A DNA stretch of 64,000 bases from NCBI GenBank assembly GCA_944386325.1, contig CALXAP010000003.1, positions 2,488-66,487 on the forward strand, in the 5' to 3' direction. The position numbers were made by a program, and so were the translations under genes. Of the stretch, positions 1-9,821 are shown piece by piece; the stretch's first letter is position 1, and every line of letters starts with the position of its first letter. This DNA comes from an uncultured Clostridia bacterium. GTDB taxonomy: Bacteria > Bacillota > Clostridia > TANB77 > CAG-508. The notes under the pieces are model-generated. The model saw only the letters and a program-made list of their open reading frames with translations, ran no database searches and was not told the DNA's origin.

Positions 1-1495
1 GAAGAAGTAATAAAAAAACGGAAAAAAAGCTATTATGCTTGTGCCAGAAATATCATTGACACCTCAAATGGTCAATAGATTCTTAGCAAGATTTGGTGAT
101 ATTATTGCTGTTTTACATAGTAAATTATCAGTAGGAGAAAGATATGATGAATGGAATAAAATAAAAGAAAATAAAGCAAACATTATAATAGGAGCTAGAT
201 CTGCAATTTTTGCACCAGTTCAGAATTTAGGAATTGTTATAATAGATGAAGAACATGATTCTTCATATAAATCTGATATGACTCCAAGATATAATGCAAA
301 AGATATAGCTAGATATCTATGTAAAAAAAATAATGTGCCTTTAATATTAGGAAGTGCTACTCCAGATATAAATACATATTTCAAAATGAAAAATGGAGAA
401 ATAAAATTATTATTATTAAAAAATAGAGCTAATAATTTAAGTTTACCAAATGTAGAGATTATAGATTTAAGAGAAGAATTAGCAATGGGGAATAAATCTA
501 TGATAAGTAATAGATTGTATGAGTGTATAGAAAAAAACATAGAAAATAAAATGCAAACAATATTATTTTTAAACCGAAGAGGATATTCTACTTTTGTAAT
601 GTGTAGAGAATGTGGCTTTACAGCTAAGTGTAAAAATTGTAATATTACATTAACATATCATGCAGATGAAAACAAATTAAAATGTCACTATTGTGGATAT
701 CAAACTAATAATTTTTATAAATGTCCTATATGTGGAAGTAATAAAATAAAATATTTTGGAGCAGGAACACAAAAACTAGAAGAAGAAATAAAAAAAATAT
801 TTAAAGGCGTAAAAACAATAAGAATGGACATAGATACTGTAACAAAGAAAAACTCACATGAAATTATTTTAGATAAGTTTAAAAACGAAGATATTGATAT
901 TTTAATAGGTACACAGATGGTAGTTAAAGGACACCATTTTCCTAAAGTAACTCTTGTGGGCGTTGTAGCTGCTGATGGAAGTTTGAATACAAATGATTTT
1001 AGAGCAGGTGAAAGAACATTTCAAATTTTAACTCAAGTTGCAGGAAGAGCAGGTAGAGAAAGCCAAAATGGAAAAGTAATAATACAAACGTATAATAAAG
1101 ACAATTATAGTATACAATATGCAAAAGAGCAAAATTATGAAAAGTTTTATGAAGATGAGATAAGTATTAGAAGACAGTTGAATTATCCGCCATATTGCGA
1201 TATAATTTTATTTAGCTTAGTTTCCAAGTATGAAAAAGAGGTAAAAGAAGTTTCAAATTATATACATAGGTTACTAAAAAAAGAATTTAATAAATATAAT
1301 AATGTAATTATTATGAATCCACTTCCAGCTCCAATCAATAAAATAAAAAATAGATATAGATGGAGAATTATAATGAAGTGTAAATTTAGTAATAATATAA
1401 TTGATGTAATAAATAAAGTATTGGATGAATTCTATAGTAAAAAATATAAAAATACTAGGATAATTGTAGATGTAAATCCAACAAATATGTATTAA
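1..1495 (+). CDS. priA: primosomal protein N' (PriA replication-restart helicase), C-terminal ~2/3; the 5' end is off-window and the frame is broken in the A-run at 22-28
   Basis: Motifs LVPEISLTPQMVNRF, IIDEEHD, zinc-finger cysteines CRECG..CKNC..CHYCG..CPICG and GTQMVVKGHHFP. Nt 1-27 in another frame read EEVIKKRKK, which joins AIMLVPEIS only if one A is removed. Confidence 0.9.
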
Positions 1496-1507
1496 AGGAG
1501 TGGTATT

Positions 1508-1993
1508 GTGGCTATACGAAATATAAGAGAAGAAGATGATGAGATATTAAGAAAAAAATCTAAAGAAGTTTTAGAATTAGATGAAAAAACAAGAATACTT
1601 ATAGATGATATGGTTGAAACTATGCATAAATATAATGGATTAGGTTTAGCAGCAGCACAAGTTGGAGTTTTAAAAAGAATTGTTGTTATAGATTTGTATG
1701 ATGGAAAAGGTGTTATTGTTCTAATAAATCCTGTTATAAAAAAACAAAAAGGAACACAGATTGTTGAAGAAGGTTGTTTAAGTTTTCCAAATAAGTTTGC
1801 TAAAATTGAAAGACCTGAACAAATATGGGTAGAAGCAAAAAATATTAATTGGGAAGATATAAAATTAAAAGGTACAGGTTTATTAGCACAAGCATTATCA
1901 CATGAAATAGATCATTTAAATGGAGAACTATTTATAGATAAAATTATACCTGGAACTTTAGAAATAATAAAAGAAGATACTAATAATGAGTAA
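1508..1993 (+). CDS. def: peptide deformylase
   Basis: Motifs GLAAAQVG, EGCLSFP and HEIDHLNG. GTG start 8 nt after AAGGAG. Confidence 0.95.
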   Translation: MAIRNIREEDDEILRKKSKEVLELDEKTRILIDDMVETMHKYNGLGLAAAQVGVLKRIVVIDLYDGKGVIVLINPVIKKQKGTQIVEEGCLSFPNKFAKIERPEQIWVEAKNINWEDIKLKGTGLLAQALSHEIDHLNGELFIDKIIPGTLEIIKEDTNNE

Positions 1994-2002
1994 GGAGAAA
2001 AT

Positions 2003-2977
2003 ATGTCAAAAATTATATTTATGGGAACACCAGATTTTGCAGAAAAATCTTTAAGAAAATTAAATGAATCAGATAATAATATAATAGCAGTAGTAACAAA
2101 TACAGATAAACCAAAAGGAAGAGGAATGAAATTATTTCAATCACCAGTTAAACAGTATGCATTAGAAAACAATTTAAAAATATACCAACCAGAAAAAATA
2201 AAAGAAAATAATGACTTTATAGAGACATTAAGAGCTATGAAACCAGATTTTATATGTGTTGTAGCATATGGAAAAATATTACCAAGAGAAATATTAGAAA
2301 TACCTAAATATGGCTGTATAAATGTTCATGCATCTTTATTACCTAAATATAGAGGTGCAGCTCCAATACAATGGTCTATAATAAATGGCGAAGAAATAAC
2401 AGGTGTTACAACAATGTATATGGATACAAAAATGGATACTGGTGATATTATATTAGAAAAAGAAGTGAAAATAGGTGAGAATGAAACAACAGGAGAGCTA
2501 TGGAATAGATTAGGTGATATTGGTGCAGAATTATTATTAGAAACTATAGAAAAGATAAAAGCTGGTATTGCTCCTAGAAAAAAACAAGGTGATAATTATA
2601 CTATGGCACCGATGTTAAATAAAGAAATTTCAAAAATTAATTGGAATGAATTAAAAACAAAAAATATAAAAAACTTAGTAAGAGGTTTAAATCCAATTAT
2701 GGGTGCATATTCTACTTTAAATAATAAAAAAATTAAATTTTGGAAAGTAGATATTATAGAAAAAGAAGAATTTTTAGAAAAATATAAAATAGAATATGAT
2801 ATAGAAAAATTAGAACCTGGATGTATAATATATGCAAATTCCAAAGATGGACTTTATATAAAAACAATTGATGGAATAATATCTGTTTTAGAAATACAGG
2901 GGGAAAATTCAAAAAAAATGAATATTTTTGATTTCTTAAGAGGAAACAGGTTAGAAAAAGGAGAAATATTTGTATAA
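2003..2977 (+). CDS. fmt: methionyl-tRNA formyltransferase
   Basis: Motifs IIFMGTPDFA and HASLLPKYRGAAPIQ. Conserved def-fmt order. Confidence 0.95.
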   Translation: MSKIIFMGTPDFAEKSLRKLNESDNNIIAVVTNTDKPKGRGMKLFQSPVKQYALENNLKIYQPEKIKENNDFIETLRAMKPDFICVVAYGKILPREILEIPKYGCINVHASLLPKYRGAAPIQWSIINGEEITGVTTMYMDTKMDTGDIILEKEVKIGENETTGELWNRLGDIGAELLLETIEKIKAGIAPRKKQGDNYTMAPMLNKEISKINWNELKTKNIKNLVRGLNPIMGAYSTLNNKKIKFWKVDIIEKEEFLEKYKIEYDIEKLEPGCIIYANSKDGLYIKTIDGIISVLEIQGENSKKMNIFDFLRGNRLEKGEIFV

Positions 2978-3086
2978 ATTATTAAAAAATGGTTGTAAAA
3001 ATTAATCTATATTGATATACTTATATACAGCAATATAGAATTTATATCTTAAATAATATAATAAAATGTTTAGGAGGAAATTTATT

Positions 3087-3494
3087 ATGGAAAATGAAAA
3101 TTTAGAAAATATTAAAGAAGAATCTATAAATGAGGATAACACTATAAGAATAGCAGATGATGTTGTAGCTGTTATAGCAGGTGTAGCTGTTTCTGAAATA
3201 CCTGGTGTATATGGAATGGCAGGAAGTTTTGCAGGAGGGATAACTGAAGTTTTAAGTGGTAAGAAAAACTTAAGTAAAGGTATAAAAGTAGAAGTAGGAG
3301 AAAAAGATACTAAAATAGATGTTAACATTATAGTTGAATATGGTACAAGAATACCTGATATTGCATACGAAATACAAAATAGAGTAAAAAAAGCTGTTGA
3401 AAATATGACAGGATTAAAAGTATTAGAAGTTAATGTACATGTACAAGGTGTAAATACAGAATTTGATAAAGATACTAAAAAAACAGAAGACTAA
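3087..3494 (+). CDS. Asp23/Gls24 family envelope stress (alkaline shock) protein
   Basis: IADDVVAVIAGVAVSEIPGV is typical of Asp23. ATG at 3087 follows TAGGAGG; the track start at 3066 has no RBS. Confidence 0.85.
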   Translation: MENENLENIKEESINEDNTIRIADDVVAVIAGVAVSEIPGVYGMAGSFAGGITEVLSGKKNLSKGIKVEVGEKDTKIDVNIIVEYGTRIPDIAYEIQNRVKKAVENMTGLKVLEVNVHVQGVNTEFDKDTKKTED

Positions 3495-3518
3495 TAAAAA
3501 TTAATATTGGAGGATAAA

Positions 3519-4076
3519 ATGAGAATAATAGAAAAAATAGCCTTGATAATTTTTTCTTATATAGTATTAATTTTATCTATTATAATGTGTTTATTAGTAT
3601 TTGGATGGTTAGATACAGAGTTAGTTAGAAATTTTATAGAAAATATAAAAATGAATTCTACTTTATCTGCAATAACTTTAGTTGTTTCAGTAATAGCAAT
3701 TTTATTAGCAATAAAATGTATATTCTTTGATTCTACTGGTAAAGAAATTGCAAAACAAAGAGAAGGAATACTATTAGAAAATACTGATGGAAAGCTATTA
3801 ATTTCAAAAGAGACTATAGAAAATCTTATTGCTTCTGTTGCAAAAGGTTTTGATGGTGCTGAAAATGTAAATAGCAAAGTATATGTAGATAAAGAAAACA
3901 ACTTAAGTGTTTATGTTACTTTATTTGTACATCCAGATGCAGTTATAAAAGATTTATCAAATAATTTACAAAATAAAATTAAAGAGGCTGTAAAGAAATC
4001 ATCAGATTTAGATGTTAAAGAGGTAAATATAAAAGTAAGAAATATTACTCAAGAAAAATCTGATATTCAGGAATAA
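3519..4076 (+). CDS. amaP: alkaline shock response membrane anchor protein AmaP-like
   Basis: N-terminal TM segments, located directly after asp23. ATG at 3519 follows GGAGG. Confidence 0.7.
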   Translation: MRIIEKIALIIFSYIVLILSIIMCLLVFGWLDTELVRNFIENIKMNSTLSAITLVVSVIAILLAIKCIFFDSTGKEIAKQREGILLENTDGKLLISKETIENLIASVAKGFDGAENVNSKVYVDKENNLSVYVTLFVHPDAVIKDLSNNLQNKIKEAVKKSSDLDVKEVNIKVRNITQEKSDIQE

Positions 4077-4093
4077 ACCATTGGAGGTTTTGT

Positions 4094-4297
4094 ATGGACA
4101 ATTTTAAGCAATTTTTGACACAATATAGAGGAGCAATAATAGGTGCTATAGTAGCAATATTAATATTATTTACAGAATTATACAAATTAATAATAGGAAT
4201 AATATTAATATTTGTTGGAATATATGTAGGAAATTATATTCAGAATAATAAATACAATGTAAAAGAAAAATTAAAAAGATTTATAGATAAGTGGTAA
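4094..4297 (+). CDS. small membrane protein (DUF2273-like), third gene of the asp23 operon
   Basis: 67 aa with two hydrophobic helices. The order asp23-amaP-small membrane protein is conserved. Confidence 0.65.
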   Translation: MDNFKQFLTQYRGAIIGAIVAILILFTELYKLIIGIILIFVGIYVGNYIQNNKYNVKEKLKRFIDKW

Positions 4298-4301
4298 AAT
4301 T

Positions 4302-4328
4302 GGGGCGAGGCAAGCTAGTCTTCGCCCT
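4302..4328. repeat. GC-rich hairpin GGGCGA..TCGCCC, a degenerate member of the B repeat family
   Basis: GGGCGA at 4303-4308 pairs with TCGCCC at 4322-4327. It has no adjacent T-run and shares the GTCTTCGCCCTAAAT tail with the loop of the inverted repeat at 46671-46770. Confidence 0.5.
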
Positions 4329-4358
4329 AAATTAAGATTATATGGGGGAATAAATATT

Positions 4359-4778
4359 ATGAATAGATCTAATGCTAGGGAATTATTATTTAAATTATTA
4401 TATGAATTAGAAATACAAAAAGATGATGTTAGTGGACAAGTTGATTTATTTATAGAAAATAATAATATATATGATTCAAATGTTCAAGAATATATAAAAA
4501 GTGAAGTAAATGGAATATATGAAAATATAGATGATATAACTAATTTAATATCAAATAATTTAAAAAAAGATTGGCAAATAGAAAGATTATCAAAAATAAA
4601 TCTAGCATTGCTTAAACTTGCAATATATGAAATAATATATGTGAAAATCCCATATAAAATTATAATAAATGAAGTTGTGGAGCTAGCTAAAAAATATGGT
4701 GAAGATTCATCACATTCATTTATAAATGGAGTTTTAGCAAGTGTGGTTAAAGAAAATAATTTAAATGAGGAGGCATAA
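4359..4778 (+). CDS. nusB: transcription antitermination factor NusB
   Basis: Size matches. N-terminal [13 protein letters not shown] and C-terminal FINGVL motif. Lies upstream of xseA, as in many Firmicutes. Confidence 0.9.
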   Translation: MNRSNARELLFKLLYELEIQKDDVSGQVDLFIENNNIYDSNVQEYIKSEVNGIYENIDDITNLISNNLKKDWQIERLSKINLALLKLAIYEIIYVKIPYKIIINEVVELAKKYGEDSSHSFINGVLASVVKENNLNEEA

Positions 4779-4781
4779 TAA

Positions 4782-5969
4782 GTGAGACCAGAGCCTATTA
4801 CAGTTACTCAATTAAATAAATATATGAAAGATAAAATAGCAGGGGATGAATTCTTAAATAATGTATTTATAAAAGGTGAAATTTCAAACTTTAAACATCA
4901 TTATACAGGACATATGTATTTTACTTTAAAAGATGAAAATTCACTTATAAAATGCATAATGTTCAAATCTGCAACTGTTAATTTAGATTTTAAACCACAA
5001 GATGGTATGAAAGTTTTAATTTTAGGTACAGTTTCAGTATATGAAAGAGATGGAGTATACCAAATTTATTGCAAAGCAATGAAGGAAGATGGTATAGGAA
5101 TATTGTATAAAGCATATGAAGAATTAAAAGCAAAACTTGAAAAAGAAGGTTATTTTAGCAAAGAACATAAAAAAAAGATACCATTTATGCCTAAGACAAT
5201 AGGAGTTTTAACATCTAGGACAGGTTCTGTAATTAGAGATATTATAAATGTTTCAACAAGAAGAAATCCGAATGTACATATAAGATTGTTACCTGTTCCA
5301 GTACAAGGAGAAGGAGCTGCTGAAAAGATAGAACAGGCTATAAAAATAATGAATGAGCAAAAATTAGCTGATGTATTAATACTTGCAAGAGGTGGAGGTT
5401 CATTAGAGGATTTATGGCCTTTTAACGAGGAAATAGTTGCAAAAGCTATATATAATTCGGAAATTCCAATAATATCTGCGGTAGGACATGAAACAGATTT
5501 TACAATTGCAGATTTTGTTGCAGATTTAAGAGCTCCTACACCATCTGCTGCTGCAGAACTGGCTGTTGCTGATGTAAATGAATTAGTTAATAGATTAAAT
5601 ATAGATGTGTCAAGATGTAAAATGGCACTTACTAAAAAAATAGAATTAATGAAATTACAATATGAAAAGTGCATGAAATCAACAGTATTTACAGAACCAT
5701 TGCAAAAAATAAATGAGTATTATTTAAATATTGATAATTGTATCAAAAAAATTGAAAATAATATAAATATAAAATTAAGAGATTCAAAAATAGAATCTAC
5801 AAATTTAATTTCTAAATTAGATGCATTAAGTCCTTTAAAAACATTAGTTAGAGGTTATTGTATAGTAGAAATAGATGGTAAAGTTGTTTCAAAGGCAGAA
5901 AATTTAAATAAAGATGATAAAATAGATTTAAGATTTACTGATGGAATAAGGAAAGCAATAGTTGAATAA
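4782..5969 (+). CDS. xseA: exodeoxyribonuclease VII large subunit
   Basis: OB-fold N-terminus (VTQLNKYMKDKI, GEISNFKHHYTGHMYFTLKD) plus LARGGGSLEDLWPFNEE and SAVGHETDFTIADFVAD. Confidence 0.95.
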   Translation: MRPEPITVTQLNKYMKDKIAGDEFLNNVFIKGEISNFKHHYTGHMYFTLKDENSLIKCIMFKSATVNLDFKPQDGMKVLILGTVSVYERDGVYQIYCKAMKEDGIGILYKAYEELKAKLEKEGYFSKEHKKKIPFMPKTIGVLTSRTGSVIRDIINVSTRRNPNVHIRLLPVPVQGEGAAEKIEQAIKIMNEQKLADVLILARGGGSLEDLWPFNEEIVAKAIYNSEIPIISAVGHETDFTIADFVADLRAPTPSAAAELAVADVNELVNRLNIDVSRCKMALTKKIELMKLQYEKCMKSTVFTEPLQKINEYYLNIDNCIKKIENNINIKLRDSKIESTNLISKLDALSPLKTLVRGYCIVEIDGKVVSKAENLNKDDKIDLRFTDGIRKAIVE

Positions 5970-5990
5970 TTAATAAATGGGGTGTAAGAT

Positions 5991-6470
5991 TTGAAAAGTT
6001 TATTAAATAAAAAAAGTATTATTATAACAGTTTTAGTAATTATAGCAGTGGCACTAGCGATTTTTTTAACAGCTAAATTATCTAATACAGAAAATAAAGA
6101 AGATAATATAGTAAGTATGGAGAAAATAGATGAAACTAATTTATTAGATGGTCAAAATATTATAGATAATAAAAATATTATAGAAGAAAATGTAGTAAGT
6201 AATACTGTAGAAAATAATACAAATAATAATACTGAAAATACTAATTCTAGTTCTGATGTATCAAGTGAAATGACAGATACAGAAGATTACAAAGAAAAGG
6301 CAATCAGACTTGTAAAAGAAGATTGGGGAGAAGATGACAGTGTATATTTTGATATAGCAGAAATAGAAGAAAATGGTATTTATAAAATTTGTGTTAGAGA
6401 TAAAAATACAACAAATGAAGTAATGTGGTATGAAGTTGATGTTGTAAATAATACTGTAAAAATGTTATAA
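5991..6470 (+). CDS. membrane-anchored hypothetical protein (N/T/E-rich linker, small C-terminal beta-rich domain)
   Basis: TTG start after GGGGTG. N-terminal TM helix. No recognisable catalytic motif. Confidence 0.6.
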   Translation: MKSLLNKKSIIITVLVIIAVALAIFLTAKLSNTENKEDNIVSMEKIDETNLLDGQNIIDNKNIIEENVVSNTVENNTNNNTENTNSSSDVSSEMTDTEDYKEKAIRLVKEDWGEDDSVYFDIAEIEENGIYKICVRDKNTTNEVMWYEVDVVNNTVKML

Positions 6471-6484
6471 TATGGAGGAAGTAA

Positions 6485-6712
6485 ATGGAAAGTATAGAAA
6501 ATCTGAATTTTGAAGAAACAATTAAAAAATTAGAATTGATTGTTAATGAATTAGAAAAAGGTAATTTAAGTTTAGATGAATCAGTAAAAAAGTTTGAAGA
6601 AGGAATAAAATTATCAAAATTATGTAATGAATTTTTAAATAATGCAGAAAAGAAAATAAATATATTAATTAATAATGAGGGAAAATTAGAAGAAGAAAAA
6701 TTCGAAATATAA
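6485..6712 (+). CDS. xseB: exodeoxyribonuclease VII small subunit
   Basis: FEETIKKLELIVNELEKGNLSLDESVKKFEEGIKL is typical of XseB. Confidence 0.9.
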   Translation: MESIENLNFEETIKKLELIVNELEKGNLSLDESVKKFEEGIKLSKLCNEFLNNAEKKINILINNEGKLEEEKFEI

Positions 6713-6748
6713 TAATCATTACAATTTTAAATAAAAGGGGTTATTAAA

Positions 6749-7192
6749 GTGGATTATTTTATAAGTTTTATTACTAATAAATATATTTTTATACCATTTT
6801 GTTTGTGGCTTGGAATACAAATTTTCAAAGTTTTATGGGACTATGGAAAATACAAAAAATTTAATTTAAAAAGATTTTTGGGAGCAGGAGGTATGCCAAG
6901 TTCTCATTCAGCAGTAGTTTGTTCTTTAGCTACATTAATTGGAAAAGAATATGGATTAGATTCTGCAATATTTGGTTTATCTGTTATATTTGCATTAGTT
7001 GTAATGTATGATGCTGCAGGAGTTAGAAGAGCTGCTGGAAATCAAGCAAGATTATTAAACAAAATAATAGAAAATCCAGAATTAAATGTACCAACCATTC
7101 AACAAGGAAGGTTAGTAGAAGGGTTAGGGCATAAACCAAAAGAAGTGTTTGTAGGAGCTCTAATAGGAATATTTGTTGGTGTATTATTATAG
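6749..7192 (+). CDS. divergent PAP2 family membrane protein (DUF212, acid phosphatase/vanadium haloperoxidase-related)
   Basis: Motifs GGMPSSHSA, MYDAAGVRR and GHKPKEV. Confidence 0.8.
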   Translation: MDYFISFITNKYIFIPFCLWLGIQIFKVLWDYGKYKKFNLKRFLGAGGMPSSHSAVVCSLATLIGKEYGLDSAIFGLSVIFALVVMYDAAGVRRAAGNQARLLNKIIENPELNVPTIQQGRLVEGLGHKPKEVFVGALIGIFVGVLL

Positions 7193-7209
7193 TTAATGGA
7201 GGTACTTAG

Positions 7210-8871
7210 GTGAGTGATATTCAAATTGCAAGAAAAGCAAATCTTAAAAATATATTAGAAATAACTGAAAAATTAAAAATAGATGATAAATATATAAATC
7301 AATATGGAAAGTATAAAGCAAAAATATCATATGATATATATAGTAATATAAAAAATAATAAAAATGGAAAATTAATATTAGTAACATCTATTAATCCAAC
7401 TCCTATGGGAGAGGGAAAGACGACAGTATCAATTGGTTTAGCTGATGCAATAAATAGAATTAATAAAAATGTAATTTTAACTTTAAGAGAACCATCATTA
7501 GGTCCTGTATTTGGACTAAAAGGTGGGGCTACAGGTGGTGGATATGCACAAGTTGCACCAATGGAAGATATAAATTTGCATTTTACAGGTGATATTCATG
7601 CTATAACTTCTGCTAATAATTTATTATCTGCAATGATAGATAATCATATATATTTTGGAAATAAATTAAAATTTAAAAAAGTAATATGGAAAAGATGTTT
7701 AGATTTAAATGATAGAGCATTAAGAAAAGTAGAAATAAATTTAGAAGAAGGAAAAAAATATGTACCAAGGATTGATGGTTTTGATATATCTGTTGCATCA
7801 GAGATAATGGCAATATTATGTTTAGCAAAAGATTTAGATGATTTAAAAAATAGACTTTCTAACATTATTGTTGGATATAATGACATGGAAGAACCAATAT
7901 ATGCAAAAGATTTAAAAGCAGAAGGTGCAATGATTGTTTTACTTAAGGAAGCCTTTAATCCTAATGTTGTTCAAACATTGGAAAATACACCAGCCATTAT
8001 TCATGGTGGTCCATTTGCAAATATTGCTCATGGATGTAACAGTATAATAGCTACAAAAATGGCTTTAAAATTAAGCGATTATGTTGTAACTGAAGCTGGA
8101 TTTGGTGCTGATTTAGGTGCTGAAAAATTTCTAGATATAAAGTGTAGAATAGGAAATATTAAACCAGATGCTACTGTTTGTGTAGCTACTGTAAAAGCAT
8201 TGAAATATCATGGAGGAATGCCAAAGGAAGAGTTAAAAGAAGAGAGCATAGAATATTTAAAAATAGGTATAAATAATTTATTTAAACATATTGATAATTT
8301 AAAAAATAAATTTAATTTAAATGTAATTGTAGCAATAAATAAATTTGATACAGATACAGAAAATGAGATAAATTTTTTAACAGAAAAATTAAATGAAAAT
8401 AATATAGAAAACAGTATAGTAGAAGCATGGGGAAAAGGAAGTAAAGGAGCGATAGATTTAGCTCAAAAAGTAGTGAAATTATGTGATATACAATCAGATT
8501 TAAATTATATTTATGATTTAAATGATGATATATGCACAAAAATTAATAAAATATCTAAAAAGATATATGGAGCAGATGAAGTTGAATTTTCAGAAGAAAG
8601 TAAAAAAAATATAGAAAAAATTAATTCATTAGGATATGGAAATTTACCTGTATGTATAGCAAAAACTCAATATTCATTTTCTGATGATCCAAAGAATTTA
8701 AAATGTGATAAACCTTTTAAAATTCATATTAAAGATATAATTTTAAAAAATGGTGCTAAATTTATAGTAGCATTAGCAGGAAATATATATACAATGCCAG
8801 GATTACCAGAAAAACCAGCTGCCGAAGAAATAGGATTAGATGAAAATAATGATATTATTGGAATTTTTTAA
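7210..8871 (+). CDS. fhs: formate--tetrahydrofolate ligase
   Basis: Motifs INPTPMGEGKTT, EPSLGPVFGLKGGATGGGY and IHGGPFANIAHGCNS. Confidence 0.95.
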   Translation: MSDIQIARKANLKNILEITEKLKIDDKYINQYGKYKAKISYDIYSNIKNNKNGKLILVTSINPTPMGEGKTTVSIGLADAINRINKNVILTLREPSLGPVFGLKGGATGGGYAQVAPMEDINLHFTGDIHAITSANNLLSAMIDNHIYFGNKLKFKKVIWKRCLDLNDRALRKVEINLEEGKKYVPRIDGFDISVASEIMAILCLAKDLDDLKNRLSNIIVGYNDMEEPIYAKDLKAEGAMIVLLKEAFNPNVVQTLENTPAIIHGGPFANIAHGCNSIIATKMALKLSDYVVTEAGFGADLGAEKFLDIKCRIGNIKPDATVCVATVKALKYHGGMPKEELKEESIEYLKIGINNLFKHIDNLKNKFNLNVIVAINKFDTDTENEINFLTEKLNENNIENSIVEAWGKGSKGAIDLAQKVVKLCDIQSDLNYIYDLNDDICTKINKISKKIYGADEVEFSEESKKNIEKINSLGYGNLPVCIAKTQYSFSDDPKNLKCDKPFKIHIKDIILKNGAKFIVALAGNIYTMPGLPEKPAAEEIGLDENNDIIGIF

Positions 8872-8883
8872 TTAGGGGGAAAT

Positions 8884-9804
8884 ATGGATATAAATGATAG
8901 CATATACAAAAATATCAAAAAAATAGTAGGAGAGGAAAATATTCTTATAAATGAACCTATGAAAAAACATACATCAATAAAAGTTGGAGGAAATGCAGAT
9001 ATTTTTGTTAAGGCAAACACAATAGAAAAAGTTAAAGCAATATATTCATTATCAAAAAAAGAAAATATAAAATTAAGTGTACTTGGAAATGGTACAAATG
9101 TATTAGTAAAAGACAATGGAATAAGAGGTATAGTATTAAAAATTGATATAGATGAAATAGATGTAAGAAAAGAAGGAAATAAAATATACATAAGAGCAGG
9201 TGCGGGGGTACCTATAATTAAGTTATCAAAAATTGCATATGAGAATTCAGCAACAGGCTTAGAATTTGCTATTGGAATTCCAGGAACACTTGGTGGAGCA
9301 ATAAAAATGAATGCAGGTGCATATGGATCTGAAATGAAAAATATTGTAAGAAATACAACTTATCTTGATAATAATGGTAATACAAGAAAAATAACAAACT
9401 TAGAGCAAAAATTCGAATATAGAAGTAGTATTTTCTTTAAGATTGATGGCATTATATTAGAATCTGAGTTGGAATTAGAACTAGGAGATAAAGAGAAAAT
9501 TGAAAATAAAATGAAAGAAAATTTAATAAGTAGAAATGAAAAACAACCTTTAGATAAACCTAGTTGTGGAAGTACTTTTAAGAGAGGTAACGATTTTATA
9601 ACAGCTAAATTAATAGATGATTGTGGTTTAAAGGGATTGTGCGTAGGAGGTGCTATTGTATCTACAAAACATGCTGGATTTGTAATGAATAATGGAAATG
9701 CTACAGCAAAAGATTTTATAGAATTAACAAATCAAGTAAAAAATGAAGTTTATGATAAATTTAATAAAAATATAGAACTTGAAGTACAGATAATGGGAGA
9801 ATAA
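8884..9804 (+). CDS. murB: UDP-N-acetylenolpyruvoylglucosamine reductase
   Basis: Motifs MKKHTSIKVGGNAD, LGNGTNVLV, PSCGSTFK and HAGFVMN. Confidence 0.95.
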   Translation: MDINDSIYKNIKKIVGEENILINEPMKKHTSIKVGGNADIFVKANTIEKVKAIYSLSKKENIKLSVLGNGTNVLVKDNGIRGIVLKIDIDEIDVRKEGNKIYIRAGAGVPIIKLSKIAYENSATGLEFAIGIPGTLGGAIKMNAGAYGSEMKNIVRNTTYLDNNGNTRKITNLEQKFEYRSSIFFKIDGIILESELELELGDKEKIENKMKENLISRNEKQPLDKPSCGSTFKRGNDFITAKLIDDCGLKGLCVGGAIVSTKHAGFVMNNGNATAKDFIELTNQVKNEVYDKFNKNIELEVQIMGE

Positions 9805-9821
9805 AAGGAGGAAAGCAATTA

